Assembly (NCBI GenBank): GCA_963800555.1
Contig: CAWDBH010000005.1
Location: forward strand, 12,313 to 76,312
Length of the DNA stretch: 64,000 nt
Direction of reading: 5' to 3'
Origin: an uncultured Candidatus Micrarchaeota archaeon
GTDB taxonomy: Archaea > Micrarchaeota > Micrarchaeia > Anstonellales > Bilamarchaeaceae
Of the stretch, positions 52,786 to 63,900 are shown one piece after another (the stretch's first letter is position 1; each line of letters starts with the position of its first letter). Position numbers and translations under genes: made by a program. Below the pieces are notes generated by a model, which made no database searches, was not told where the DNA came from, and saw only the letters and a list, made by a program, of their open reading frames with translations.

Positions 52786-55700
52786 CTAGGGCTTTCCGAA
52801 TCTACGCTTGGGCCTGCGTATAATGATCGTCACCCCGCCGATTATGACTATGACGATGAGCACTGTGAACGTGCCTTCCACCACCTGCATGATCGTGAGC
52901 GTCGGCGGGGTCTGCTGCAGGGGGGATGCCCCTGGCATGGAGTGTATCTCCACCGTCTTCACCACGGTGCCGTTTCTCAGATACGCGACGGTATAGGTGC
53001 CGATCATATCAAGAGGCACTGAGAAGTCGCCCGATGCATCCGTCTTTCCTGTTAGCGTCTTCCCGCTCGGATCGGTTATCTTGAGGTCGCAGCCCGCGCA
53101 GGTCGTGTTGTCTTCCAGCGCCTGCACGCTCGCGTTGTTTCCTACGAAACCGGAGTCCGGACCCTTGAGATCGAAGCTCTTGCATGCGTTGTCCATGCAG
53201 ATCTGGCCAAGGCCGCAGGATGGGCAACCCGGACCTGAGCCGCATTGGTACGGGGTCAGGACATGGTTGGCCACCGCGCCGCAACCCGTGATAGCCTCGC
53301 AGCTGCCTTGTTGCGCTCCTGCTGCTCTGCTGCATGATTGGTCTCCGGCGCAGTCAGAATCAGAGGCGCACTCGTGCGTGTTCTGGGGAGTCGGTGATTG
53401 GCAAACATGGTCCTTGCATGACTCTCCTGATGCACAGTCGCTGTCCAAGCAGCACGCGTAGGGGACGCATGCGTGACCCTGCACATAGCCGCAGCTGCAT
53501 ATGATGGGAACGCAGCTCTGGTTTACGCATCGCTGGTCCTGATTACACATGGAATCTTCGGTGCACTGTGGCGTAATCGCTGGGCAGAGGTCGAGCTCGA
53601 ACGGGTCGGTAGAAGCTGAGAGGTAGTCCGAGCTGCCCGGGGTATAGAGCTCATAGCTGTCGTTGTTTGTAACGGTGAAAATCGCGTCACCGGAAGAGTC
53701 CGTCTGGGCCTGCTGCGATCCTGAGGCGGATACGGGTATGAGGCTGATCGTCAGTCCGGGAACTCCCGAGGAGACAGTGAGCTGCCCGCTGGAGCAGTTG
53801 AAAGATTCCGATAGCCTCACTGGAGACTTGGTGGTCTGGTGGCCAGTATCTGGGTTCACCGTTATTGCCGGACCCACGAAGGGGTGCCAGTCCGCTCCGT
53901 TGCCGGTCCATTCGCCGCCGTATAGGGAAGCGTTGAAAGGCAGGTCGCTTCCGGTGTCAGCCCAGCTATCGTCATTGGTGTCTGATATGTTGTAGACTTG
54001 CCAGGATGGTGTGCCGTCGGAGTCATAGTATATGTTGCCTGAGGTCGAGTCGTTGTAGGCATTGCCACCCGCTTCGTCATCGACCCAGTAATCGCTCGTG
54101 ATGTTGTTGTGCAGGAACATGTTCCCTACGGATCCGTCAGCCAGATAGATGGACGTGCCAGAGGTGTTCATGATATTGCCGAAGACCAGCGTACTGGTGG
54201 AACCCGAAACCAGTTGGATGCCTTGATCGTCGCTAATTATGACGTTGTTGGAGATAGTGCTCTGGAATTCGCTCTCACTGTCGTCTTCGGTTTTCATGGC
54301 GCCATGAGAGGCGGCCTGCGCGTACTCTGCGTAGTTCTCACCTCCCAAGTATATCCCCGTCCCCGTGCCTTCATTGCTCGCGTTTATGATGTTGCCGCTT
54401 ATCAGCGTGCCGACGGAAGAATCCGAAGAGATGCCGGTTCCGACTCCCGTGATGTAGTTGTCGAGCAATTGCGTGTCGGTTTCGGACTGCAGCATCAGGC
54501 CGATTGAGAAGGGATACCCCCCGATTATCGTATTATTGAATACCGTGTTGTTGAACGAGTAGGGCAAATCGACCGAAGTCGTGTTGGACGCCGGTTCGGC
54601 GTAATCCCTGGTGTTCCATTCCGCCATGTAATCCTGGTGGGCAGAATCATCCGGATAGCTCTCGTTGGCAGGATACGGGTATGCACTCATGCCGTGGAAC
54701 GGCAAGGGGTCTACGGAGTCGCGGATGAACCCGTTTATGCTGGACTTGATGCTGTACATGTCATCGGCCAGCAGGAAGACGTACCTGTCCGTGCCATCGA
54801 TCTTCGGAGCATCGTTGAACTGGAGATGCAGCTCGTCGCCGCTGCGCATGACCACGAATTGGTCGTCGCTGGAGCTCAGCAGCGGAAGCACATCGCCGTA
54901 CTTGGTGAAGTTGCCGTACATCAGGTCGTTCGGTATGGCCGGGCCATGGTCATCGGTGACGTTGGTGTTCCGGTGGTCTACGGTCGGGTAGTCGTAGCTC
55001 GTGGAGCCTCCCCATTGCAATGTCGCATCGCTCGGATCCACGTAGGTGACCGTGTAATTCACCGGAGGCGAGTCGTCGAGCAACACCTGGTCGACCATGT
55101 TTATGGTGGTGGGCGCGGAAGGCGCGATGATCCTCATCAAGGTATCGTTCGCCTCAAGGATGCCTGATAGGTTGTATACGATCGTCCTGGAATCCCCGAT
55201 GAAACCTCCGAACGCCTTGCGGGTGACCCAGGTCCCGTTCGCATTCTTGGTTTGCACCAGCAGGTAATGCTGCGGGGTGAGTTTCGGGTATGCCGAGTAC
55301 TCGCCCCAGCCTGTGACTATCAGCTTCGCGTACTGCGGGTTCTCTATCGAACCGAAGTCCAGCGTTATCGGATTCTGCATTCTGTTGTATACCGGAACAG
55401 GCACGCCGTCCTTTGCAGATACCTGCGGCAGGACATCGTTGCCGTAATTGTCCGTGGCGCTTATCGGCGCCATCGGATCATGTATCGTCATGAAATCCTC
55501 GTCTGGAACCTGGTTGAACGCATAGGTCCAGCTCCACTGGTTCAGCACGCCATAACCCTGCGGGACATCCACGAGGACCAGCTTCGCCTGGTCGAAATAG
55601 TCAGACTCGGGGATTACTTCCCTGACTTTCATATCGTAGACTCCGTCCGTGGGGGTGAAATTGCCGAGCTCGTAGATCCCTGCCTGGTATTTCTGAGGGT

Positions 55701-57846
55701 TGAATACCGAAAGCCCCAGCATCTCGCCCGCCAAATCCGTGTAATAGCTGTAATCCGATCCGTTCTTGAGATAGAGGAACGGGCAGGAGCCGTAGGTCGT
55801 GTACTGCCCGCTCATGTAATTGTACCCGATCTGGTTGTCGTCCGCGTAGTAGAGGTAGATGCCTTCGTTGTTGTTTGATATATTGTTGTACATGACCCAG
55901 TTGCTATCCGAATCCTGGTCCAGATAGACCCCGAAGGCGCTGTTGTCATGGATATGATCTTCCGAGATATTGACTCCGGTGGCCGCGTACAAGTATATCC
56001 CGTAGCCGGAGGGACCCTCTCCAGTTTGGGCGAACCCCAGGTCGTCGTTGACTATCGCTCCGCCTGACATCTCGTCCAGGTAGATGTCGTCGTAGAAGTC
56101 CGAGATGCTGCAGTTCTCCACATTCGTGTTGACCTGTTCCGAGTAGACGCCGTATGTGCCCGAGTCCTCGCCGTTGATTATCTGGCTCCCGTTGCAGTCT
56201 ATCGTGACGTTCGGCTCTATGACCGTGAGCGCGGTGACTCCGCTGAACGGATAGCTGTCGTTGCACAGGACTATCGAGCCGCTGACCATGAAGCCGGATC
56301 CCATGCTCCCGGTGACATTGCCTTGGTAGGTGGATGGGTCCGAAAGGTTGACGCATCCGGAATAAGCGGGTATTGGTAATGAGACATTATTATCATCTAA
56401 CGTAACCGCACCATTTTGTGCCAACAACCTGCCGCCTACATTTGCGCCAGTGGTGGCAGCGATAGATGCGGCGGCCAGGATATTACCGCTGAAATTGGTG
56501 CCTGTCCCGAGTGTCGCGGAACTGCCGAGTTGCCAAAAGACATTGCTGGCATTGGCACCGTTTACGAGGACCACTTTGCTAGATGATGCCGTGGTTAGCG
56601 TGGAGCCGATTTGAAATATGAAAACTGAATCAGGATCGCCCTCGCCGTTGAGCGTCAGTGTTCCGGTCAATCCGGCCGATGAACTAAAACAATAAACTCC
56701 CGGCGTGAGAGGACTGAGACTGCCTAGATCTTCACCAGTCAGCACGGTATTGCATGTTCGGCCTGTGATATTGTTGTAAGCCGTTGCCAGATCAACCTTG
56801 GATTCGTTCGAAACAGAATCATTCGAATGATCTGTCCCGATCAATGTCCCAGGAGGAAATCCGATTATCGTAGACGTCGGATAGGATCCGATATCTCCTA
56901 TGACAATAGAGTTACCGGTGTTTGTAATCCCCGAATAGGCTAGAATCGCAAAATTGCTCGCTGCTCCTAGATCCACGGGTGTAGCGTATATATATGGAAC
57001 GAGCGGAGCGTAATCTATCACCCCCGCTGAGACCATACCGAGTGAATGAGCGTTGTTATACGGGTAGCCGTTGCCGTTGTTCCCGACGAACAATCCGGAT
57101 CCATAGCCGGATGGGATGGAGGGGTTGCTTGTGATGCTAACTGAATAGTTTATCACGTTGCCCCAGATGTTGCCCTCTTCGATGCCATATGACGAACCGT
57201 TCCAGATATTGCTGCCATTCACGTCATTCACGTACTGGGTCGCCGGGCCCGTGAAGTTGTCCCAGTAGAATACGTTGCCTCCAGAGGCGGAGTCTATGGA
57301 GACCAGAGGCCCCCCCGCGCTCGATGATTCGAAGGTCGTGTTTACGATCGTATTGTTGCTGGAGATATAGAACACGAGATTATCTCCGGGTGCGATCACG
57401 GTGGAGTTGGCTATCGTGTTGTTGGAGCTTTGGTAGAGTAATATCGTGTCCGCTGCCACGGTCGCGCTCGCGGTTATGTTCTTTATCGTCCCGTTGGTAT
57501 TGCTTGTGAAAAATATCGCCCTCGCGAAATGAGAGAGATTGCAGTTTTCGATGACCGTATTGTTCTGGTCCGAGTAGACGGCATAAGTAGTACCGGAACC
57601 GACTATCGAAGAGCCTTTGCAATCTATCGTGACGTTGGGTTCTGTGACCTGGAGCGCCATAACATTGCCGAATGTATAGGTCCCGTAGCATAAGATGATC
57701 GAGCCGTTGATGCTGAAACCGGTCGTGACGTTATCGCCTGAGACGATACCTTGGTAGGTGGACGAGTCGGAAAGATTCACGCATGAGTAGGCGAACCCGA
57801 GATTGGCTAAAACCAGCATCAGAACAGCAAGATAGTAGATTCTCAT
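52786..57846 (-). CDS. giant surface protein B (1686 aa): signal peptide, three right-handed beta-helix (PbH1/NosD-like) blocks, DUF3494 ice-binding-like domain, unknown ~390-aa insert, Cys-knot modules, C-terminal TM anchor
   Basis: The internal Met at 57846 starts a signal peptide (MRIYYLAVLMLVLANLGFAYS) and has a TATA box about 24 nt upstream. Repeated NNxIxxN beta-helix turns are present. The C-terminus is LIVIVIIGGVTIIIRRPKRRFGKP. N-x-S/T sequons are very dense. Confidence 0.75.
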   Translation of the reverse strand: MRIYYLAVLMLVLANLGFAYSCVNLSDSSTYQGIVSGDNVTTGFSINGSIILCYGTYTFGNVMALQVTEPNVTIDCKGSSIVGSGTTYAVYSDQNNTVIENCNLSHFARAIFFTSNTNGTIKNITASATVAADTILLYQSSNNTIANSTVIAPGDNLVFYISSNNTIVNTTFESSSAGGPLVSIDSASGGNVFYWDNFTGPATQYVNDVNGSNIWNGSSYGIEEGNIWGNVINYSVSITSNPSIPSGYGSGLFVGNNGNGYPYNNAHSLGMVSAGVIDYAPLVPYIYATPVDLGAASNFAILAYSGITNTGNSIVIGDIGSYPTSTIIGFPPGTLIGTDHSNDSVSNESKVDLATAYNNITGRTCNTVLTGEDLGSLSPLTPGVYCFSSSAGLTGTLTLNGEGDPDSVFIFQIGSTLTTASSSKVVLVNGANASNVFWQLGSSATLGTGTNFSGNILAAASIAATTGANVGGRLLAQNGAVTLDDNNVSLPIPAYSGCVNLSDPSTYQGNVTGSMGSGFMVSGSIVLCNDSYPFSGVTALTVIEPNVTIDCNGSQIINGEDSGTYGVYSEQVNTNVENCSISDFYDDIYLDEMSGGAIVNDDLGFAQTGEGPSGYGIYLYAATGVNISEDHIHDNSAFGVYLDQDSDSNWVMYNNISNNNEGIYLYYADDNQIGYNYMSGQYTTYGSCPFLYLKNGSDYSYYTDLAGEMLGLSVFNPQKYQAGIYELGNFTPTDGVYDMKVREVIPESDYFDQAKLVLVDVPQGYGVLNQWSWTYAFNQVPDEDFMTIHDPMAPISATDNYGNDVLPQVSAKDGVPVPVYNRMQNPITLDFGSIENPQYAKLIVTGWGEYSAYPKLTPQHYLLVQTKNANGTWVTRKAFGGFIGDSRTIVYNLSGILEANDTLMRIIAPSAPTTINMVDQVLLDDSPPVNYTVTYVDPSDATLQWGGSTSYDYPTVDHRNTNVTDDHGPAIPNDLMYGNFTKYGDVLPLLSSSDDQFVVMRSGDELHLQFNDAPKIDGTDRYVFLLADDMYSIKSSINGFIRDSVDPLPFHGMSAYPYPANESYPDDSAHQDYMAEWNTRDYAEPASNTTSVDLPYSFNNTVFNNTIIGGYPFSIGLMLQSETDTQLLDNYITGVGTGISSDSSVGTLISGNIINASNEGTGTGIYLGGENYAEYAQAASHGAMKTEDDSESEFQSTISNNVIISDDQGIQLVSGSTSTLVFGNIMNTSGTSIYLADGSVGNMFLHNNITSDYWVDDEAGGNAYNDSTSGNIYYDSDGTPSWQVYNISDTNDDSWADTGSDLPFNASLYGGEWTGNGADWHPFVGPAITVNPDTGHQTTKSPVRLSESFNCSSGQLTVSSGVPGLTISLIPVSASGSQQAQTDSSGDAIFTVTNNDSYELYTPGSSDYLSASTDPFELDLCPAITPQCTEDSMCNQDQRCVNQSCVPIICSCGYVQGHACVPYACCLDSDCASGESCKDHVCQSPTPQNTHECASDSDCAGDQSCSRAAGAQQGSCEAITGCGAVANHVLTPYQCGSGPGCPSCGLGQICMDNACKSFDLKGPDSGFVGNNASVQALEDNTTCAGCDLKITDPSGKTLTGKTDASGDFSVPLDMIGTYTVAYLRNGTVVKTVEIHSMPGASPLQQTPPTLTIMQVVEGTFTVLIVIVIIGGVTIIIRRPKRRFGKP
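53400..53870 (-). repeat. C-terminal module (beta-sandwich plus Cys-knot) duplicated between proteins B and A, copy 1
   Basis: TGHQTTKSPVRLSESFNCSSGQLTVSSGVPGL..QTDSSGDAIFTV..CTEDSMCNQDQRCVNQSCVPIICSCG..CVPYACCLDSDCASGESCKDHVC. DNA similarity to 58343..58840 is visible by eye. Confidence 0.7.
56385..56975 (-). other. DUF3494 / type-1 ice-binding-protein-like domain inside protein B
   Basis: LGAASNFAILAYSGITNTG..VIGDIGSYPTSTIIGFPPG..LATAYNN..LTPGVYCFSSSAGLTGTLTLNG..FIFQIGSTLTTASSSKVVLVNGANASNVFWQLGSSATLGTGTNFSGNILAAASIAATTGANVGGRLLAQNGAVTL. This is collinear with my memory of fungal and bacterial IBP sequences such as TisAFP. Confidence 0.75.
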
Positions 57847-57861
57847 GAATGGATTACTTAT

Positions 57862-57878
57862 GCATTTATTTATAAGCG
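57862..57878 (-). promoter_or_regulatory. TATA box (CTTATAAATAAATG) for protein B, leaderless geometry
   Basis: It is centred about 24 nt upstream of the ATG at 57846, in the 107-nt gap after protein A's out-of-frame stop. Confidence 0.5.
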
Positions 57879-57953
57879 TTTTTCTAAGAAAAAAATCGCC
57901 TTTTGACGCGGCCTGATTAAGGCTCGCGCTGCATGATCGATAAAAAAAGGAAA

Positions 57954-60900
57954 TCACCTGGGTTTGGGCGGCTTCCTGCTGATCAGATAGTAGCCCACTC
58001 CTGCGACGACCACGATTATGACAATCCAGAGCAGCCAGGTCCAGCTGAAGGGCTGCGAGCTCGACAGTGACAGTCTGGCTGGGATTCGATGCCGGGGCCG
58101 CTGCGGCGTTCGCGGATTGCTTGGCCTGGTCCGCCATCTGGACCGCGAGCGCGAAGTTGCCTGAGGATAGGGCAGCCTGCGCCTGCGCCAGTTCGGATTG
58201 AGCGGCTGAGACATCCTTACCCGAGGAGCTGGCTGAATCTATCGCTGCGGTCGCAGCGGCTATCGCGGCGGATGCGTCAGCCTGGGTCGGACCTGTGGTG
58301 ACATTAGCCGGGGGGGTCTGGTTCTGGGTGATCTGCTGAGCCACGCACGAGTGGTCCTGGCAGGATTGCCCGGATGCGCAGTCGCTGTCGTAGCAGCAGG
58401 CATATGGGACGCATGCGTGGTTCTCTATCTGGCCGCAGCTGCATTCTATCGGAGCGCAGCTCTGGTCCACGCACTGCTGGCCCTGGTCGCACATTGAATC
58501 TTCGGTGCACTGGGGTGTTTGGGTTATCGGGGTCTGGTTCTGTGGCTGGACCACAGGAACAGGGCAGAGGTCCAGCTCTGCATTGGCCGTCGCTGAGAGG
58601 TAGTCCGAAGTGCCTTGGGAATAGAGCTCATAACTGCCGCTTGAAGCCACTGTGAACACGGCTTCGCCTGAGGAATCGGTCTGCGCCTGCTGGGAGCCGG
58701 CATTGGCTAATGGGATCAATGATACCATCAGGCCAGGTACTCCAGAGGAAACCGTCAATTGCCCGCTTGAGCAGTTGAATGATTCCGAGAGTTGCACTGA
58801 TGATTTGGAGGTCGAGTGGCCGGTCTCCGGATTTGGTGGGGAGTATGCTTCGATCGTCACATCCCAAGGTGCCGAAGTGCTGTTCACGTTATTATCCGAG
58901 AGGAGGACCGCATCCGCTTCCAAGCCATATGTGCCTGGATTGCCGGCAGCATTGAGCTGGAAGACCACCATCTGCGATTCGCCATCCCCCACTGTGATCT
59001 GCTGCGGGTTGCTGTCTGCATAGAATGGAGTCCCTGAACCTACCGGGACCAAGCCGACACGGGCAACCCATCCGACCGCGTTCTTGAGGAGGGCGGTCAT
59101 GTTGGTGTCCCAGCCGGAACTGCTGTTCCAGCATCCAGAGATGTATCCTGGCGCCATCCCGAATTGCACCACTTTCCCGGTGCCCGTGTCGTTGACCACC
59201 ACGATCGGCGTACCATCGGTGGTGTCCTGCACTATGGCGGTCGCGCTACCGGTCGGGCTGAGGGTGCTGTATCCGCATGTCGGAGCTATCCATGAATCCG
59301 GGAGGCCGCTGGTGACCGGGCTCGACCCGAGCAACGAGTAGTTCACGGCCTTAGTATATCCTTCTATCCGATTCGCAATAGTGAAATTGTAGTCGTTGAA
59401 AGCGCTCCACTCGAATATGATGAGCCCGCCGCCGTTCGCGACGTAACCGTTGAGGGCATCCTGTCCCGCCTCGGGCATAACGCTGAGGTAGGAACTTTCA
59501 TCCAGCACTATCACGGCCGCATACGGACTGAGATCAAGGCTCCCGTCATAATCCGGCGTCTGCATCCCGCATGTGACCGAATACCCTGCGGATTCGAGGA
59601 TGGGTTGTATGTCGTCCGCGCATTCAGTGTCTCCGCCTTGCAGCACGTATATGTTTCTGTTGCCGCCGGAACCCTTCAGGCTGACGTTCATCGGTCCGCA
59701 TTCCGGCCCTGCGCACGAGACGTTCAAATCCACGGAGAACGATTCATTCTGGATGACGCTTCCGACCGGGTTTTGGACTGATAGAGTGATCCCCGTGTTT
59801 CCGCCGCTGGTTGTGGCAGGATGCCAGTCGGCCCCGTTACCGGACCAGTATCCATCGATGCCTACTTGCGTCGATGAGTTGAAAGGCAGGTCGCTTCCGG
59901 AGTCGGCCCAACTTGAGTTGGTACTGCTCGTGATGTTGTAGACATCCCATGCTCCTGTGCCGTTCGCGAGGTAGTAGATGTTCCCGGTGGTCGAGTCGTT
60001 GTAAGCATTGCCAGTCCCATCGTCCGTGACCCAATAGGAGCCTTGGATTGTATTGCCGAGGAAGGTATCGTAGTCGGAGTCAATAAGATATATGGCATCT
60101 TCAGTGTTATTCTCGAAAGTGTTGCCCTGGACCCAGTCAAAGCTATTGGCATATAGCTGGATTCCGTACAGCGCGTTCCGGTCTATGTGGTTCCCGCTTA
60201 TGTTCAGGTTCTGGCAGCTATAGGCGTTTATGCCGCTGCCAGTCCCGTCGGTTATATTGTTGTTTATTATTGTCAGGTTGCTCGCGTCTAGGCAGTCTAT
60301 CTGCTGCACGCCTCCGCAGTTATGGACCAGGTTGTTCGATTGGATGGTGTTGTAATCGCCCAGCACATCGAATGCGCCGCCCGTGTCGTTATGCATGTAG
60401 ATGCCGGTGGCAGTGTTGTTCGAAGAAACATTATCGTACCAGATGCCTCCGCCGAATTGTATCCAGTCCCAGTTAGCGGCGTAGTAGTCGTTCGCTTCGC
60501 CGATCTCGCCTCCGGAGATCAGGTTCTGCTGGGAATCCACGAATCCGATGCCGCTCGCGAAGGTGTATGTGATGGTGTTGTTGGTGAAATTCGAATCTGT
60601 CACCCTATTCGCGCTTATGCCCTCGCCGCAGGTCTTATCCGAACAATAAGGGCCGCTGCACCCGCATGAGTCCGGTCCGCCGCTCACGTTGTAGATGACG
60701 TTATCGCTGATCACGGAGCTGTTGATTATCATGATCTGCATGGCGTTTATCGTGCTGTCGTATATCTGGTTGCCCGAGATGATGTCGTATTGGTAAACGG
60801 CCCCGAACATGATGCCGACGTTGTTGTCGTACATCAGGTTGTCCGTGGCATGCACCCACCCCGGCGCGCCGTAGCCGAGTATGGCCGCGGATGATGAGTT

Positions 60901-63900
60901 AGATATCGTGTTGCCCTCTATCGTTATATTGTTCTGGCTAGCCATGCTTATGCCGTCTTCGAAGTTTGAGATCGAGCAATTCTCGATAGTCGCCCAGTCT
61001 GCCTGGACATTCACACCGTTGCCGGTCCCGGGGTTGCTGTCGTTTATCGAGCTGCCCGCGCAGTCTATTGTGACATTGGGTTCCGTGACGCTGAGCGCTG
61101 TGACCCCGGGGAAGACATAGCTGCCGGGACACATGGTAATCGAGCCGGTGACGCTCAAGCCGCTGCTCATGTTCCCTGAGACGTTGGCTCCGTAGGTGAA
61201 CGAGTCGGAGAGGTTGACGCATGTGGATAATGTGTTCAATGTGTACGGGTGCCAATCAGCTCCGTTGCCGCTCCATTGGTCTCCCGAAAGGGAAGAGCTG
61301 AAAGGCAGGTCGCTGCCGGCATCCGCCCAGCCTGAGCCGGTGCTGCTCGTTATATTGTATACTTCCCATGCTCCGGTGCCGTTTCCGAGATAGTAGACGT
61401 TCCCGGTGGTCGAGTCGTTGTATACGTTGCCCGAACCGAGATCATCCACCCACGAATCGCCTTGTATTATATTACCCAGGAAGGTGTTCGTATGCGAGCC
61501 GGACTTCACGTAAAGCGCATACCGGCTATCGGAGGTTATGCTGTTGTTAGTGAAATGCGTTCCCGCTAGAGCCGCTGAGCCTCGCGCCATACCAGTAGTG
61601 CGACGTGATGTTGTTGCCTTCGATGATGTTGCCGTTAGCATTGCTGGCGAAGAATATCCCGCCGCATTCGGTATACGGGCAGGAGTCTACGCTATTAGCA
61701 TCCACGGTGTTGTTTGCGATCAGGTCATAGGAAGCGCCTGAATTCAGCGTTATCCCGACGCCGCTGGTGGAGTTGACATTGTTGTTGGTGATGTTGTTGT
61801 CATTGCTGTTGTCATTGCCCGCGCCGACCCTTATGCCATGCCCGTTTATGGACAGCACGGTATTGTTGTCGACGATATTGTCGGTGCTCGAACCTATGAA
61901 GATCGCGCCGCATATCTCGTAGCTGCAGTCATCACCCAAATAGGTTGCCGTATCGTTCTCGATCACGTTCTGGTTGGCGTAATTGTGGACGAGTATGCCG
62001 ACGCCTTCCTTCGAGGTGGCCTGAGAGCCGGTGACATCGCTGTCAGTCGTTCCGTACAGCTCTATAGCGGATTCGGATGAAGAGTTCGCGTTGGAATCGG
62101 ACACAATGGCTCCGGTAACGGAATCCAGATAAATCGCATCCGAACTCGCGTTCACCGCGTCATTCTGGATGGCTGCGTAATCGCCGCCAGATTCGATGTC
62201 TATGCCGGTATCGAAGCCGCTTACGTTGCAGCTCTCGATGGTCGTGTTGGGCTGATTGGAATAGACGCTCGTGTTGGAATCGCTGGTGGATACCAACGAG
62301 CTGCCCGCGCAGTCGACCGCCACGTCCGGTTGGGTGACCGTGAGAGCGCTGACCCCTGAGAATCCATAGGTCGCGGGGCAAAGCACGATGGAGCCATTGA
62401 CCGTGAAGCCTGAACCCATGCTGCCTTGCACCTTGTTCTGGTAGGTTGAATTGTCGGTGAGGTCGACGCAGCTGTTCGGGGTGTAAGGATGATAATCCGC
62501 TCCAGCGTAGGGCCAATAGCCGTCGATGCCCGGCTGGGTCGTGGAACTGAAAGGCACGTCGCTGCCGACATCCGCCCATCCGTCGTGGTTGGTGTCCGCG
62601 ATATCGTAGACTTCCCAAGCCGGCGTGCCGTCCACGAGATAGTAGATGTTGCCGGATGTCGAATCGTTGTACGTATTGTCTCCGTAGTCATCGTAGACCC
62701 ACGCCAATCCCTGCATGGTGTTGCCGAGGAAAGTGTTGGATTCCGATTCGGCTGCAATTATCGCAGGCCCTTCCGTGGCGTTGAAGGTATTGCCGGAGAA
62801 ATCATTGTCGTAGCCCTCAATCATGTAGAGGCCTGCGGATTCCCCGATGCCGAATTGATCGATCGATGCCGCATCGACACCGGAGACGTTGTCCTGCGCG
62901 CTCCCGAAGAGGATGAGCGGGAATGTCGAGTTGAGATCGTCGTCGGATGCGGTGTTGTTGGAGTCGGAATAAAATAAGATGCCGGACACGATAGTGTTGA
63001 TGTCATCAGCCCTTATGGTGCCATACGAGCTGAAAGACGCGATCCCGCATGGAATCGAGAACTCATCCTCTCCGAACCCTGCGGCGTTCGTGCTCGAGAT
63101 GTTGTCCCAGCTCACCGTGGAGTCGTATGCGGTCTGGTTGAGCATGATGCCTGTGGAGAAATTCATGATATCGCAATCAGTTATCATGGTGCCGGGCTGA
63201 TCTGAGAGGACGCCCAGGTTTCTCGACCCGTTCTCCCCGATGATCTCCGCGCCGTTGCAGTCGATGATGACCCCCGGATTCGTGACCGCGAGCGCGATGA
63301 TATCGCCATCGAACGAATAGTTGTCCGTGCACAGGAGGATCGAGCTGTTGACCGAGAATCCGTCCGCCATGTCCCCCTGGACGTCGTTCTGGTATGTTGA
63401 TGGGTCGGTCAGGTTGACGCAGGATGCGGTATTCGTTGTGTATGGATGCCAGTCCTGCCCGCTGCCGATCCATTCGCCACCGGAGAGCGATGCGCTGAAG
63501 GGTAGATTGCTGCCGATATCCGCCCAGCCGTCTCCGTTGGCGTCCGCGATATCGTATTCCTCCCAGGAAGGTGTGCCGTCGGGTTCGTAATATATGTTGC
63601 CGCTGGTCGCGTCGCTGTAATAGTTGCCGCTGACCTCGTCATCCACCCAGGAGCCGCTCGTGATGTTGTTGCGGAGGATCGTGTTCCCTGCAGACCCGTC
63701 AGTCAGATAGATGGACGTGCCAGAGGTGTTCATGATATTGCCGAAGACCAGCGTGTTCGTGGAGCTGCCATCCAGCTGGATGCCGACATTATCGCTCAGG
63801 ATGCTGTTGTTCGAGATGACGCTGTCGGTCGGGTAGCCATCGTTCTCGCCATACAGGTCTATCCCCGTGCCGCTGTTGCCCGCAGTTATGTTATTGCCTA

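Noticed and set aside
52786-61641. A single 2951-aa protein, as given in the ORF track.
   Set aside because: An internal signal peptide with its own TATA box at 57846-57878, plus an out-of-frame TM-anchor terminus ending at 57954, argue for two genes. The join is a 35-codon stop-free stretch.
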